Below, in pieces: positions 44,270-55,368 of a stretch of DNA of 64,000 nt; within the stretch, counting starts at the first letter, position 1; every line of letters begins with the position of its first letter. This DNA comes from Acidobacteriota bacterium (GTDB lineage: Bacteria; Acidobacteriota; CAIWXX01), in the NCBI GenBank assembly GCA_040755995.1, contig JBFMAF010000033.1, positions 71,985 through 135,984 of the forward strand. The letters are read 5' to 3'. The notes below the pieces were generated by a model, which did no database searches, was not told the origin of the DNA, and saw only the letters and a program-made list of their open reading frames with translations. The translations under genes and the position numbers were made by a program.

Positions 44270-45928
44270 ATGGAACCCGGCCGCGACGAACTCGCCGCGC
44301 AGCTCGACCAGAAGACGGCGCAGTTGCGTGCAGTCGGCCAGATCGGCGCGGCGCTGGCGGCTGCGTGGGAGTTGGATGCCACGCTCGAAGCGATCACCCG
44401 GATCACCTCCGAGGTGATGCGTGTGGACTCGTGCTCGATCTACCTTCAGGACAGAAGCGCCGGCCGGCTGGTGCTCAAGGCAACCACCGGGTTGGCGCGC
44501 GAGGCGATCGGGCACGCTTCGCTCAGGGCGGGCGAGGGACTGACGGGGTGGGCGGTTACCCACGGCGAACCTGTCTCGGCGCCGCTGGCCAGCGGTGACC
44601 CGCGGTTCAAGCTCCTGCCCGAAACGCACGAAGAGGGGCTGAAGTCCCTGCTGGCCGTGCCGCTGGTGGTACAGGGCCGCACCATCGGCGCGATCAACGT
44701 TCAGACTGCCGAGGCGCATTGGTACACGGCGGACGAGGTCGATCTGCTGACGCTGATCGCGAATCTCGCGGCGGGCGCGCTCGAAAAGGCCTCGCTTTAC
44801 GAGAAGATGCGGAAGCGGATCGAGGAGCTGTCGACGCTGGCCGAGGTCAGCCGGACGGTGACATCGCCGCTGTACCTGGACGAGATGCTCGGTGTCGTCA
44901 CCGAAATGGCGGCGCGAGTGACCGGAGCCAAGGCGACCTCGTTGCACCTTCTCGACGAGTCCAGCGGGCAGCTGGTGCTGCATGCGACCCACAACACGGA
45001 CCCTGGGGCTCGTGAATACACCAGCATGGCGGTCGGGCAGGGGGTCGTCGGGCAGGTGGCCGCCGGCGGCGTGCCGGTTGCGATTCTGGACGCGCGCACG
45101 GACGAGCGGTTCATGAACCGCGCCTGGGCCGAGCGCGAGGGGCTCGTGTCGGTCATGAGCGTCCCGCTGGTCGTGCGCGACCGCACTGTCGGTGTCTTCA
45201 CGTGCTACACGGACGTCGCGCACGAATTCACGGCCAAGGAGACTGAGCTCTTCCAGACCCTCGCCAACCAGACTGCGCTTGCGATCGAGAACGCGAGGCT
45301 CGTGATCAACGCGGCCGTCGTGCGCGAGATGCACCACCGCATAAAGAACAATCTGCAGACCGTGGCCATGCTCTTGCGGCTGCAGAAGAGCGCCGCGCGG
45401 AACCTGACGGCGGAGGACGTGCTGGCCGAGACGATCAACCGCATTCTGAGCATCGCCGCAGTCCACGAGACGCTGAGCGAAAAGGGGTTGCGCGTCGTCG
45501 ACGTGAGGGAGGTGCTCGAGCGCGTGGCGCGATCCGTCGGGGACACGATGCTGGTGCCCGGCCAGAGCATCGAGGTGACGGTAAGCGGCGACACGCTTGT
45601 GCTGCCGTCGCGCGAGGCCACCTCACTGGCGCTCGCCGCCAGCGAGTTGCTCCAGAACGCCGTCAAGCACGCCTTCGTCGGGCGATCGAGCGGACGGATC
45701 GAGCTGCGAATAGAGAACTCGCCGGATGAGAACCGTGTGGTTGTCGAAGACAACGGGGTCGGGACCGCTCGGCGGTCCACCACGGGCGGCGGCATCGGGC
45801 ACCAGATCGTGGACGCCCTGGTGAAGGACGACTTGAAGGGGAGCTTCGATCTGTCGTCGGGGCCGGCCGGGACGCGGGCCACCATCCGGTTCGCACCGGC
45901 GCTGAGCGGACCGGTGGATCGCAATTGA
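44270..45928 (+). CDS. GAF-GAF HisKA_2 histidine kinase (PdtaS/EutW-like)
   Basis: Two GAF domains; H-box REMHHRIKNNLQ; ELLQNAVKHAF; DNGVG; start at MEPGRDEL. Confidence 0.88.
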   Translation: MEPGRDELAAQLDQKTAQLRAVGQIGAALAAAWELDATLEAITRITSEVMRVDSCSIYLQDRSAGRLVLKATTGLAREAIGHASLRAGEGLTGWAVTHGEPVSAPLASGDPRFKLLPETHEEGLKSLLAVPLVVQGRTIGAINVQTAEAHWYTADEVDLLTLIANLAAGALEKASLYEKMRKRIEELSTLAEVSRTVTSPLYLDEMLGVVTEMAARVTGAKATSLHLLDESSGQLVLHATHNTDPGAREYTSMAVGQGVVGQVAAGGVPVAILDARTDERFMNRAWAEREGLVSVMSVPLVVRDRTVGVFTCYTDVAHEFTAKETELFQTLANQTALAIENARLVINAAVVREMHHRIKNNLQTVAMLLRLQKSAARNLTAEDVLAETINRILSIAAVHETLSEKGLRVVDVREVLERVARSVGDTMLVPGQSIEVTVSGDTLVLPSREATSLALAASELLQNAVKHAFVGRSSGRIELRIENSPDENRVVVEDNGVGTARRSTTGGGIGHQIVDALVKDDLKGSFDLSSGPAGTRATIRFAPALSGPVDRN

Positions 45929-45940
45929 TCGGCATCGGAG

Positions 45941-46492
45941 GTGGCTCGGTGGAGCCGCCGCAATAAGGAGTATGGCGTGGAAGGTTGCGTCTTGAGGATC
46001 GTGGAGAAGGGTGACATTGGGCTGATCAAGAAGTGGGTCGACAGTCCGCAGGTGCTGGAGTTCATCCAGCCGAGGACGCCGCTGAGCGAGGAAGAGGTGA
46101 GCGACAAGTTCCTCAGCAAACCATCGGAGCTCAAGTCCATACACTTCATGATCCTATCGAACGGCGTGCCGGCCGGCGTGGTCTCGCTCAAGAATCTCCA
46201 CTTCGTGAACCGGCGGGCGGAGATGTCGATATTCATCGGCGAAGACGAGCACCGGGGAAAGGGAATCGGCAAGGCCGCGACCGTGGAAGCACTGCGCTTC
46301 GCGTTCCGCCAGCTCAACCTGCACAAGGTCGCGCTCGAGGTCTACGATTTCAACACGCGCGCCATCGAGCTCTACAAGAGACTCGGCTTCAAGATCGAGG
46401 GAGTCCTTCGATCACACTCGTTCAAGAACGGCCGGTACCGGGACCTTGTGCTGATGGGTTTGCTGAGAGAGGAATTCGAGGCACCCGCGTAG
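45941..46492 (+). CDS. GNAT N-acetyltransferase (RimJ/RimL/SpeG-like)
   Basis: HRGKGIG acetyl-CoA motif; FRQLNLHKV; NTRAIELYKRLGF. Confidence 0.88.
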   Translation: MARWSRRNKEYGVEGCVLRIVEKGDIGLIKKWVDSPQVLEFIQPRTPLSEEEVSDKFLSKPSELKSIHFMILSNGVPAGVVSLKNLHFVNRRAEMSIFIGEDEHRGKGIGKAATVEALRFAFRQLNLHKVALEVYDFNTRAIELYKRLGFKIEGVLRSHSFKNGRYRDLVLMGLLREEFEAPA

Positions 46493-46584
46493 AGTGGCCA
46501 GGCAGACGGGGGGCGGACCGCCTGATCCGCCGGCAAGGATCATTGACGCGAACGGCACCGGTGGCCGATCAAGGCCACCTGCCT

Positions 46585-46872
46585 CTATTCCTCCAGTGTC
46601 GAGAGATCTCCCTCGGCCATCCCCAGCGCCCTCGCCTTGAGGACGCGGCGCATGATCTTTCCGGACCGGGTCTTGGGCAGGGCGTTCACGAAATCTATGC
46701 GGGCCGGGCGCGCGATCGGACCCATCTCGTGCCCTACGTGTTGGATCAGCTCCTCGGCGAGCTCGTGGGTCGGCTGGAAGCCGGCCCTCAGGATCACGAA
46801 GCCGTGGATGACGTTTCCCTTGAGCTCGTCGGGGAGGCCGATGGCGGCGGCCTCCGACACGGCGCGGTGGCT
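46585..46872 (-). pseudogene. acs: 3' remnant of an acetyl-CoA synthetase (AMP-binding C-terminal domain)
   Basis: SHRAVSEAAAIGLPDELKG...LPKTRSGKIMRRVL...GDLSTLEE; no upstream acs sequence. Confidence 0.85.
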
Positions 46873-46946
46873 GAACGTCAGACCCAGGTTCCTTGTCAGC
46901 GCAGTGCGCGAGCCTCGGCCGCCGATCGCGGATTTGGGGGCTGCAT

Positions 46947-49900
46947 TCAGACCGTCTGCCTGGGCGCTCCGTCGCCGGCAGGGCCGGTGCCGCATCGCCG
47001 AAGCGCCGCCACGAGCTCGTCGACGCGGATCGGCTTGCTCAAGTAGTCGTCCATGCCCGCCGCCAGGCAGATCCCCCGGTCCTCCACTGTGGCATTCGCT
47101 GTCATCGCTATGATGCGAGGCCGCGGACTGACGGACGATCCGATGGCCCTGGTCGCTTCCAGCCCGTCCATCTCCGGCATCTGCACGTCCATCAAGATCA
47201 GGTCGTAGTCCTGGCGCTTGAGTGACTGCAGCACCTCCAGACCGTTGGCTGCCACGTCGGCCCTGTATCCCAGGCGCTCGAGCAGGCGGAGCACCAGCTT
47301 CTGGTTGATGACGTTGTCTTCGGCGAGAAGGATGCGGAGAGGGAGCTCCGATGCCATACCGGAGTCGAAGCGCACTCGCCCCGGCGGCTCTGCGCGCCTG
47401 GCCTGAGGCGCCTCTTCCACGAAGATCTTCCTCAAGGCCTCGCAAAGCAGCGAGAGCCTTACAGGTTTGGTGAACACCGCCGACACCTCCGCCCGCGCGC
47501 TCACAGCATCGCGACGGCCGACGAGCGTCAAGGCCACGATCGGCAGCGCCTCCGGCCCCCGACGCTCCCGCACCTCTCCGATCAGACGCAGGCCGTCCAC
47601 CGACGGCGACTGCAGATCGAGGATGGCCACGTCAAAATGCACGCGCTTGTCCAGCCAGGCCAGGACTTCCGCGGACTGCGACGTGGCATGAGGTATCATT
47701 CCCCATGCCTGTGCCTGCCTGGCCAGGTGGTCCCTCGCGGTCTCGTTGTCGTCGAGAATGAGCACGTGCTTTCCGAGGAGGTACGGGACGGTCCCGGACA
47801 GGTGGGAACGCGGCGAAGAGACCACCGCCTCGGCGACAATCGTGAAGTGAAATGTGCTCCCCGCGCCCGGCTTGCTTTCGACCCACACGTCGCCGCCCAT
47901 GAGCTCGCACAGGCGTCTCGATATGGAGAGGCCGAGGCCGGTGCCACCGTATCTTCGCGTGGTCGACGCATCCACCTGGCTGAAGGGCTTGAAAAGACGG
48001 TCTATGCGATCCTCGGGTATGCCGATCCCCGTGTCGCGCACCGCGAAGTGAATCTCGTTCACCTCGGGCGAGCCCGATGCGTGCGCATCGGAGGGCAGAA
48101 CGCGGCTGCTCACCGACAATACAACCTCGCCTGCGTCCGTGAACTTCACGGCGTTTCCGACGAGGTTTACGATGATCTGGCGCAAGCGCGCGGCATCACC
48201 CCGGATGGTCGCCGGCACCTGGCGGTCCGCCATGGCGACCAGCTCGAGCCCCTTCTCGGCCGCCTTCGGCGCCAGCAGCTCGACGGCGCCGTTCACGCAA
48301 TCTCGCAGGTCGAACGGCTGCTGCTCCAGTTCCATCCTCGCCGTCTCGATCTTCGACAGATCCAAAATGTCGTTGAGGATCGTCAGCAAGCTGTCACCGC
48401 TGTGCCGTATCGTCTCGACGCAGTCCCGCTGCTCGGCCGTCAACGGCGTATCCAGCAGAAGGCTGGTCATGCCGATCACCGCATTCATCGGCGTCCGGAT
48501 CTCGTGGCTCATCGTCGCGAGGAACTCGCTCTTCGCGTTGCTCGCGTCTTCGAGCTGCCGCGTGCGTTCCTCGACCTTCGCCTCCAACGTGCGATTGCTG
48601 TCCTCTATCCCCTCGTAGAGCCGTCCATTCTCGATCGCCACCGCCACGGCGTTGGCGAGGGTCACGACGACGTCCTGATCCTCCTTCTCGATCGGCGCCT
48701 TCGAAATCGCATTGTCCACCCACAGCACGCCCATCGGCTTGCCCTTGGCCTTGAGCGGCACCACCATGAAGGCATCGGCCTGAAGAGCCCTTATCAACTC
48801 TCGCCCGGCCTCGGTCGTCTGCTCCGGCGATGTGACGTAGATCGGCTCACCCGTCAGAAGCGCCCGGATGGATGCCCACCCTTCGTCGTCGAGCGGGATC
48901 TCGAGGTCGCGGACTAGCGCCTGCATCTCGGCCGGCCCGCCGATCGAGCGCCCGCGCGAGAGAACGCGGCGCCGCTCGTCCACGAGCAAGATCATTGCGC
49001 GGTCATAGTGCAGCTCTTCGCGGACCACGCGAAGCGTCCGGTCAACGAGCGCCTCGATGTTCAAGGTGGATGAGATGGTGAGGCCCATGTCGTGGAGCAC
49101 CGTGAGCTCCGTGACCTTCTTCTCGAGTCCGGCGTTCGCGTTCTGCAGCTCCCGGTAGGCCTTGAGGAGCTCGCCGTGCTGCTCGTCGGAGCGCTCCTGC
49201 TGTTCGATCAGCTGCGCGGCCTTCGACGCCTCTGCTCTACGGGCCTGTTGCAGCAGGCTGTGGTACCAGCCCAGCAGAAGCGGAACGGGAATCAACGGCA
49301 GAGCATAAAGGCCCGCGGGCAGGCTGGCGATGCAACTGGCAAGCACGAGCAGCGAACCGAGGAATCCGAGCCACGGGGAGCGGTCGCGAGCGACCGGGGG
49401 TGGGGTCCAGACGAACTCCCACTCGCAGCATTCGGCTCCCTCCAGCACGCACTTGGTGTCGCGGACCGTGGCGATCGGCAAGCCCGAGGTCGCTCGCGGG
49501 ATCGCGGCGAATATGCCCTTGTAGGTCTCGCAGCCCATGCGAACATATGCCTCACGATGCTGCTCCGGCAGCCTCCCCTCCTCGTGCGTAGGTCTCCATT
49601 GCAGCACGGCGCTCTGCTTCGTAACCTGGCTGATCCTGAGGTCTGTCTTCACGAACCGGGGAGCGAGCCGGGGGAGCATCCTGTAGACTTCCGGGATGGA
49701 CAGCGGCCGGCAGATCCAGACGAGCGCCGAGGGAATCGTCCGCGTGCCGCGATTGAAGTGGAATCTCGGGTCGCCGGTGATTGCCTTGCAGTACTCGCTC
49801 ACGACCAGGCTGAACTCGAAGGAGTATGAATTCCTCGGATTGAGCAGATACTCCGGGGTAACCTTGTGCCGCTGACTGCGGAAGGAAGCGTTGAGCATAC

Positions 49901-50144
49901 CGGCCAGGTCATCGAGCGCGGCGCGTGCGTTTTCATCGGCGCGCTCGGCGGGGGGCGGGCCGGAGGGTGTGGGTGTCGAGAGCATGGCCTTTCCGCGCAC
50001 CACCTCCATCATGTACACCACGGTGCTGCGGATGGAGCCGGTCACGTCCTGGATTTGGCTCCCGGAGTCATCAGCGCCGTAGGGCGCCCCCAGGATAGGG
50101 ATAGGCTGCACGCGGTACTTCTCGAAAGGCGTCCGATGGATCAC
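46947..50144 (-). CDS. Hybrid sensor kinase: V4R-like N-terminal domain, 2 TM, GAF, HisKA, HATPase, REC-REC
   Basis: [17 protein letters not shown]-box [24 protein letters not shown]...MDVQMP. Confidence 0.88.
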   Translation of the reverse strand: MIHRTPFEKYRVQPIPILGAPYGADDSGSQIQDVTGSIRSTVVYMMEVVRGKAMLSTPTPSGPPPAERADENARAALDDLAGMLNASFRSQRHKVTPEYLLNPRNSYSFEFSLVVSEYCKAITGDPRFHFNRGTRTIPSALVWICRPLSIPEVYRMLPRLAPRFVKTDLRISQVTKQSAVLQWRPTHEEGRLPEQHREAYVRMGCETYKGIFAAIPRATSGLPIATVRDTKCVLEGAECCEWEFVWTPPPVARDRSPWLGFLGSLLVLASCIASLPAGLYALPLIPVPLLLGWYHSLLQQARRAEASKAAQLIEQQERSDEQHGELLKAYRELQNANAGLEKKVTELTVLHDMGLTISSTLNIEALVDRTLRVVREELHYDRAMILLVDERRRVLSRGRSIGGPAEMQALVRDLEIPLDDEGWASIRALLTGEPIYVTSPEQTTEAGRELIRALQADAFMVVPLKAKGKPMGVLWVDNAISKAPIEKEDQDVVVTLANAVAVAIENGRLYEGIEDSNRTLEAKVEERTRQLEDASNAKSEFLATMSHEIRTPMNAVIGMTSLLLDTPLTAEQRDCVETIRHSGDSLLTILNDILDLSKIETARMELEQQPFDLRDCVNGAVELLAPKAAEKGLELVAMADRQVPATIRGDAARLRQIIVNLVGNAVKFTDAGEVVLSVSSRVLPSDAHASGSPEVNEIHFAVRDTGIGIPEDRIDRLFKPFSQVDASTTRRYGGTGLGLSISRRLCELMGGDVWVESKPGAGSTFHFTIVAEAVVSSPRSHLSGTVPYLLGKHVLILDDNETARDHLARQAQAWGMIPHATSQSAEVLAWLDKRVHFDVAILDLQSPSVDGLRLIGEVRERRGPEALPIVALTLVGRRDAVSARAEVSAVFTKPVRLSLLCEALRKIFVEEAPQARRAEPPGRVRFDSGMASELPLRILLAEDNVINQKLVLRLLERLGYRADVAANGLEVLQSLKRQDYDLILMDVQMPEMDGLEATRAIGSSVSPRPRIIAMTANATVEDRGICLAAGMDDYLSKPIRVDELVAALRRCGTGPAGDGAPRQTV

Positions 50145-50178
50145 TCGTCCCGCTCCGATTCGATGCGTGTGGATTTAT

Positions 50179-50568
50179 CTAGGCGAGCTCGCGCGCCTCC
50201 TTCTCCCAATCGGTCTCTGCGAGTGCTCTCTTCAGCGCTTCGAACTCGGCGTCGAATCGAGCGATCGTCTCCCGGCAGACCTCGACCTGCCCCTCCTTTG
50301 CCGCCAGTTCCACATGACGCGCAAGGTCGGACAGTCGTTCTCCGCCGAGCTGTCCCGCGGACCCCTTGAAGGCGTGCGCGATCCGCGACATGCTCTCGAC
50401 GTCGCCTGCTGCCGCGGCATCTCGCAGCTTCTCGATCTGCAGGCTGAGCTCGTGCAGGAAGATCCCCACCATCCGGTTGGTGGCATCCTGGTCTCCACCC
50501 ACCGCCTCCGCAAGATAGGTCGGATCCAGAATCCTCAGGTCTCGGCCATCAGTGTCGGCATCTGCCAC
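50179..50568 (-). CDS. Hpt phosphotransfer protein
   Basis: AHAFKGSAGQLG Hpt histidine motif. Confidence 0.9.
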   Translation of the reverse strand: MADADTDGRDLRILDPTYLAEAVGGDQDATNRMVGIFLHELSLQIEKLRDAAAAGDVESMSRIAHAFKGSAGQLGGERLSDLARHVELAAKEGQVEVCRETIARFDAEFEALKRALAETDWEKEARELA

Positions 50569-50906
50569 AGAGTCTCCTCCTCAGCGTGATCATCGTATCG
50601 AGATTCGGCTGCATTGACGCCGCGGACGTCGTATCGAGGGAATCCGTTGCATGGCACTGGCGCACTACCTACCCTCACAGCGCAGATTTACTCGCATGAT
50701 CATCGCGTGTCAAGCGACTTGGTCCTTCTCGAATCCGGCGGCAGCTTCACGGCCACGACAGGCAGTCAACGGAGAACGGGATGTGTGGATGGTATCAGCG
50801 TCGTGTGAGATACCCGCAGAACCGGCCTGCCACCAGGTCCGTGTTCCGGGTTCATTCGAAGTTGGAAGACAAGGTGACGGCGTGAGCGCTCCTGGTCCCG
50901 CGACGG

Positions 50907-53510
50907 TTAGGAATCGTCCTTCGATGGGGGCTTCTGCCGGTCGCCTTCCGAGAGACCCTTGGACGGGGTCACGCCGGGGAAGTATTTCTGGAGGCAATCT
51001 GGACAGATGCCGTGGCTGAAGGTTGCCTCCGAATGTTCTCGAATGTAGGTCTCGAGCTGGTTCCAATACCCCTTATCATCGCGGACCTTTCGGCACCAGG
51101 CGCATATGGGCAGCAATCCGTTCAAGATCTTGATCTTGGCGAGGGCTTGCTGGATACGCGCTTGCATCTCCTTCTCCCTGCGTATCATCTGTCTCAACCG
51201 CAGTCGATGGCCGACCAGGACGAGCCCCACGAGGATGAATCCGGCCAGGGCCTTGAACCAATAGGTCTGATGAATGCGCGGGCGGACGCGTATCGGAATC
51301 CTGGTGCCCGTGGTATTCCAAACGGCATCCTGGTTACATGCGATGACGTGGAAGACATAGCGACCGGGTGGAATGTTGGTGTAGTGCGCCTCGCGTCGCG
51401 TTCCCGCCTCGATCCAATCGCTGTCGAATCCCTCGAGCATGTATCTGGAGAACACCCGTTCTGGCGCTACGAAGCTCAGGCATGCATACGCCAATTCCAG
51501 TCGTCCGCGCCCGGGCGGAACATCGATGGCCGCAGGCCTGCCGATGGGCTCTCCGTCGAGCACGGCCTCCTCGATCGCGACCGGAGGCGGACGCCTGTTC
51601 GTGGGGATGGCACGTGGGTCGATTCGTACAGCCCCGCGGAGCGTAGGGAACCAGAGCTCACCTGGACGCGTTCTGATCCCGGAGGGCAGGGACATGCCAC
51701 TGCACTCGGCAGTCCTCAACCCGTCGGCCTTGTCGTATGAGATCGAGGTTACCTTCTGCCTTGATCCATTCAGGTGGCCTCTTAGATCGTCGAGGGAGAC
51801 GCGAAAGATGCCTCTATTGCATGTCATCCAGAGGTATCCGCACCCGTCATCAACCACGCAAAAGATGGTGTCGTCAAACAGGCCGTCCTTCATAGTGCAA
51901 GCACGGAATTGCCCATTCCGGTGACGGTTCAGGCCGCCGCCCTCGGTGGCAATCCACAGGCCGTTTTCGGCGTCCTCGAAGAAGGCGTAAGCAGCGTTGC
52001 TCGTAAGGCCGTCCTTCATCCCGTACGTCATGAGCTTCCCTTCTCGAAGACAGGCGATCCCCGCATCTGGCGTCCCTATCCACAGATTCCGCTGGTGATC
52101 TTCAAAAAGGGCGACAACGTGGGAGCTCGGGATGCCATCCTGCACCGTGTAGACAGTCCATCGACCGTCGCTCAGATGGAAGAGCCCACGGCCGAAGACG
52201 CTCACCCAGAGGCTGCCGTCGCTCGCGGCACAAACCGCCCCTACGTACGCGGTGTCGCGGGCGCCCTCGATCTTGACGGCGGTGGCTTTCCCGTCATTGA
52301 ACTTGTGGAGCCCCGCTGGAGTGCCAACCCACAGGCCGCCGTCGGCACTCCCCGCCAGGCAGACGATGTTGTCGCTCCGAAGGCCGGCTCCTTTCCCGTA
52401 CGATTGGAACTTCCCATCTGCATAACGGTTCAGTCCGCCTCCGTTGGTTCCGATCCAGAGGCCACCGTGGAGGTCTTCGAGAATGACAGACGTGTCGTCA
52501 CTCGGAAGGCCCTCGGGCGCGCCATATGTCCTGAACTTCACATCCGCGAACTGGTGCAGGCCGCCGTCTGTTGTCCCCACCCACACACTGCCTTCAGCAT
52601 CCTCTAGAATCGATGAGGCGATTCCACCCAACAGGCCCCTGTCAATGGTATCCTTCACGGACATCTGGTCGGAAAGCCGCGTGATGCCGCTCTCGGTCCC
52701 AATCCATATGCCGCCTCCTCGATCTACAAAGAGGCTTTTCACGGTCCCACTCAGAAGTCCGCCCGCAAGCGTGAGGGGCTGTGCACCCCCATCCGAGGGC
52801 AGGTGGACGACGCTGCGCGTAGAATGGACCCAGAGGCCTCCATTGCGGTCCGAAAGAATGGTTCTCACGGGGCCGCTCGATGCGGAAGCGGTCCATTGGC
52901 GCTCGACAAAGGTCTCTCCGTGAAACCAGAACACCCGCCCTTCTGACGTCCCAATCCAGATTCCGTCCTTTGGATCTGCGCAGATGGTCGTCGTGAATCC
53001 AGGCAATGCGCCGTCCCCACCGTAGGTGTTGAAGGCGCCGCCTTTCCAACGTGTGATGCCTCTAGTGTTTGTCGCTATCCAGAGACATCCGTCTGCATCT
53101 TCGACAACTGTTGCGATGAAATCTGAAGGAAGCCCGTCAGAACTCGCGAAGCATCTTTCCTGGCCGGCCTCCATGCGGAGCAGACCCTGTCGCGTACCTA
53201 CCCACAAGGCGCCATTTCGATCCTCGATCAACGATGTTATGAAGTTGCTGCGCAGAGAAGGGGTATTGATCCTGCTAAGAACTCTGAACCTGATACCATC
53301 AAAGCGAACCAAACCCTCCTGAGTCCCCGCCCATACGTAGCCATCTCGCGTCTGTAGCAGAGCCTGGACGGAGTTCTGCGGAAGTCCCTGCTCGTCTCTC
53401 CAGACTCTGTGTATGTATTGTGAGAGTCCGACGTTCGGATTCAGTGCTTCGGCCTTCTTTACGTGTCCGTATGTGTGAAGAAGCAGGACAACGCACAAAG
53501 GCAACATCAT
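50907..53510 (-). CDS. Two-component regulator propeller + Y_Y_Y sensor with C-terminal Cys/His-rich domain
   Basis: Many DxxGxLWxGTxxGL repeats; YMLEGFDSDW...YTNIPPGRY; one TM; LPICAWCRKVRDDKGYW...SHGICPDC. Start uncertain. Confidence 0.85.
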   Translation of the reverse strand: MMLPLCVVLLLHTYGHVKKAEALNPNVGLSQYIHRVWRDEQGLPQNSVQALLQTRDGYVWAGTQEGLVRFDGIRFRVLSRINTPSLRSNFITSLIEDRNGALWVGTRQGLLRMEAGQERCFASSDGLPSDFIATVVEDADGCLWIATNTRGITRWKGGAFNTYGGDGALPGFTTTICADPKDGIWIGTSEGRVFWFHGETFVERQWTASASSGPVRTILSDRNGGLWVHSTRSVVHLPSDGGAQPLTLAGGLLSGTVKSLFVDRGGGIWIGTESGITRLSDQMSVKDTIDRGLLGGIASSILEDAEGSVWVGTTDGGLHQFADVKFRTYGAPEGLPSDDTSVILEDLHGGLWIGTNGGGLNRYADGKFQSYGKGAGLRSDNIVCLAGSADGGLWVGTPAGLHKFNDGKATAVKIEGARDTAYVGAVCAASDGSLWVSVFGRGLFHLSDGRWTVYTVQDGIPSSHVVALFEDHQRNLWIGTPDAGIACLREGKLMTYGMKDGLTSNAAYAFFEDAENGLWIATEGGGLNRHRNGQFRACTMKDGLFDDTIFCVVDDGCGYLWMTCNRGIFRVSLDDLRGHLNGSRQKVTSISYDKADGLRTAECSGMSLPSGIRTRPGELWFPTLRGAVRIDPRAIPTNRRPPPVAIEEAVLDGEPIGRPAAIDVPPGRGRLELAYACLSFVAPERVFSRYMLEGFDSDWIEAGTRREAHYTNIPPGRYVFHVIACNQDAVWNTTGTRIPIRVRPRIHQTYWFKALAGFILVGLVLVGHRLRLRQMIRREKEMQARIQQALAKIKILNGLLPICAWCRKVRDDKGYWNQLETYIREHSEATFSHGICPDCLQKYFPGVTPSKGLSEGDRQKPPSKDDS

Positions 53511-53808
53511 CCTGCATGGATTGCCACCCACGCGAATACCGCCTCCGGCTCTTCCTGCGCCTAATCTTAACACATTGTACAACCGCTTGTGGACCGTGGC
53601 AAAGTGCGGGTTGAATCGAACGGAACCGGGTGAAGCACCAGGCCCGAAAGAAAGGTGGAGCGCGATCGCCGACCACGCCCGCACTGATGTCCAGGTGCAC
53701 AGCGGAGCGGGGAGCATTGGAAGCGACGAGTAGCGGGGATGCGCACGCCTGTCGAGGATGAGCCGTCGCGAGGACGGCACCGAGGCGACCTCCAGTTCGG
53801 AGACGTAC

Positions 53809-54465
53809 TCAGCGTCCCGTGGGCAGGACGTAGAGCAGCACGCTGAAGTAGTGGCAGGCGCTGCCGCTCAGTACAAACACGTGCCAGACAGCGTGCCCGT
53901 AAGGCAGACGCTTCCAGATGTAGAACAGGACGCCGCAGGTGTAGCAGAGACCTCCAGCGACGATCAGCCTGATCCCTCCTGAGGACAGGCTCGCCACCAG
54001 AGGCTTGAAGGCAATGACAGCCAGCCACCCCATTGCAAGGTACACCAGCACGGAGAGGATCCTGAACCGGTTAACGTAGAAGCACTTCAGGACTATGCCC
54101 ACGATCGTCAGGCCCCAGATGATGCCGAACAGGGCCCAGCCCCATCCACCGCGTATGCTCACGAGTGTGAATGGGGTGTATGTCCCGGCGATGAGCAGGT
54201 AGATTGCGGAGTGGTCGAGTATCTTGAACAGGCGCTTGAGCCGAGGCGACCGGGAGCTGTGATAGAAGGTCGACGCGAGGAAAAGCAATACGAGCGTCGT
54301 TCCGTAGATGCTGAAGCTCACGATCCGCCACACGTCACCGTAGATGGCGGCGAGCGTCACCAGAATGCTCAGTCCTGCTATGCTCAGCGCAGCGCCGATC
54401 GCATGGGTGACGCCGTTGGCGATCTCCTCGCGCAGCGTGTACTCATCCGATCGCGACTCCGCCAC
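53809..54465 (-). CDS. Hemolysin III / PAQR family membrane protein
   Basis: EEIANGVTH, STFYH, DHSAIYLLIAGTYTP and HAVWHVFV motifs. Confidence 0.92.
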   Translation of the reverse strand: MAESRSDEYTLREEIANGVTHAIGAALSIAGLSILVTLAAIYGDVWRIVSFSIYGTTLVLLFLASTFYHSSRSPRLKRLFKILDHSAIYLLIAGTYTPFTLVSIRGGWGWALFGIIWGLTIVGIVLKCFYVNRFRILSVLVYLAMGWLAVIAFKPLVASLSSGGIRLIVAGGLCYTCGVLFYIWKRLPYGHAVWHVFVLSGSACHYFSVLLYVLPTGR

Positions 54466-54681
54466 TGCCTCTCTTCCTCCGGGATCAAGTATGCCATACT
54501 GCATCGCTGCCGGAGAAGAGCCTCAATCCCTCCCTCCGCCATGCGCTGCCGCGCTGAGCGGCGGCATCGCGCACTAGTTCGGAAAGAGGAGTGCCGGGAT
54601 TGGGAGGGAACCGTGACGCGCAACCCGGTCGGGGTGGAGACTGCGGTGGTGCGCGGAAAGGGCTCGGGCGGTCGAGTCGCG

Positions 54682-55368
54682 TTACTCGACGCGAACAAAA
54701 AAGGTCGGCGATCTGATTCTGCTTCCGTCTGGCAAAACGGCCTCGACCTGCCACGCCACCTGCGTTCCTGAGGGCAGGTCTGCGAGGGTCGAGGGCGGGA
54801 CGCGATATTCTGCGGTGGCGATCCCCGAGACGGCGTCGAGAATGGTCAGATCGGTCGTCGCGACCCTCAATGTGTATCGCGATCCCGCGGGACCGGGAGT
54901 CCATCGCAGGATGAACTGATCGCGACGCAGCACAGCGTCCTCGGCGAGCAACGAACGGATCGTCTGTCCAGGAGAGCCACGATACGAGGGCTCCTCAGCA
55001 ATTGATCCGCCCCGCCGACGAATGTACTGATCGAGGCCGACCGCTACAACGAGGACGGCGGCAGCCGCCAGCAGAGCCATGCGGTACCAGGGCCAGTGAG
55101 CCACACGCTGTGGCTCGATTTGGGGCACGCACCCTTCAATCTCGGTGAGATCCTCTGTGAGTCGCCGTGCGAGTCGCCAGGCCTCGGCGCACACAGGGCA
55201 CACAATAGTGTGCTCGATGACCTCGCTCGTGACCTGCCGCTCGATCTTCCCGCTGACCGCATCCCAGATCTGATCTGGCTGCGGACAATCCTCCCGAGGG
55301 GCTGCGCGGGACGAGAGTTCTGCGAACGCGCGCCTCAGCCGATCGGTCTCTTCGCTCTCAAGACTCAC
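54682..55368 (-). CDS. Zinc-binding (HxxxCxxC) membrane anti-sigma factor
   Basis: HTIVCPVC, one TM helix; GTG start overlaps the sigma factor stop. Confidence 0.75.
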   Translation of the reverse strand: MSLESEETDRLRRAFAELSSRAAPREDCPQPDQIWDAVSGKIERQVTSEVIEHTIVCPVCAEAWRLARRLTEDLTEIEGCVPQIEPQRVAHWPWYRMALLAAAAVLVVAVGLDQYIRRRGGSIAEEPSYRGSPGQTIRSLLAEDAVLRRDQFILRWTPGPAGSRYTLRVATTDLTILDAVSGIATAEYRVPPSTLADLPSGTQVAWQVEAVLPDGSRIRSPTFFVRVE

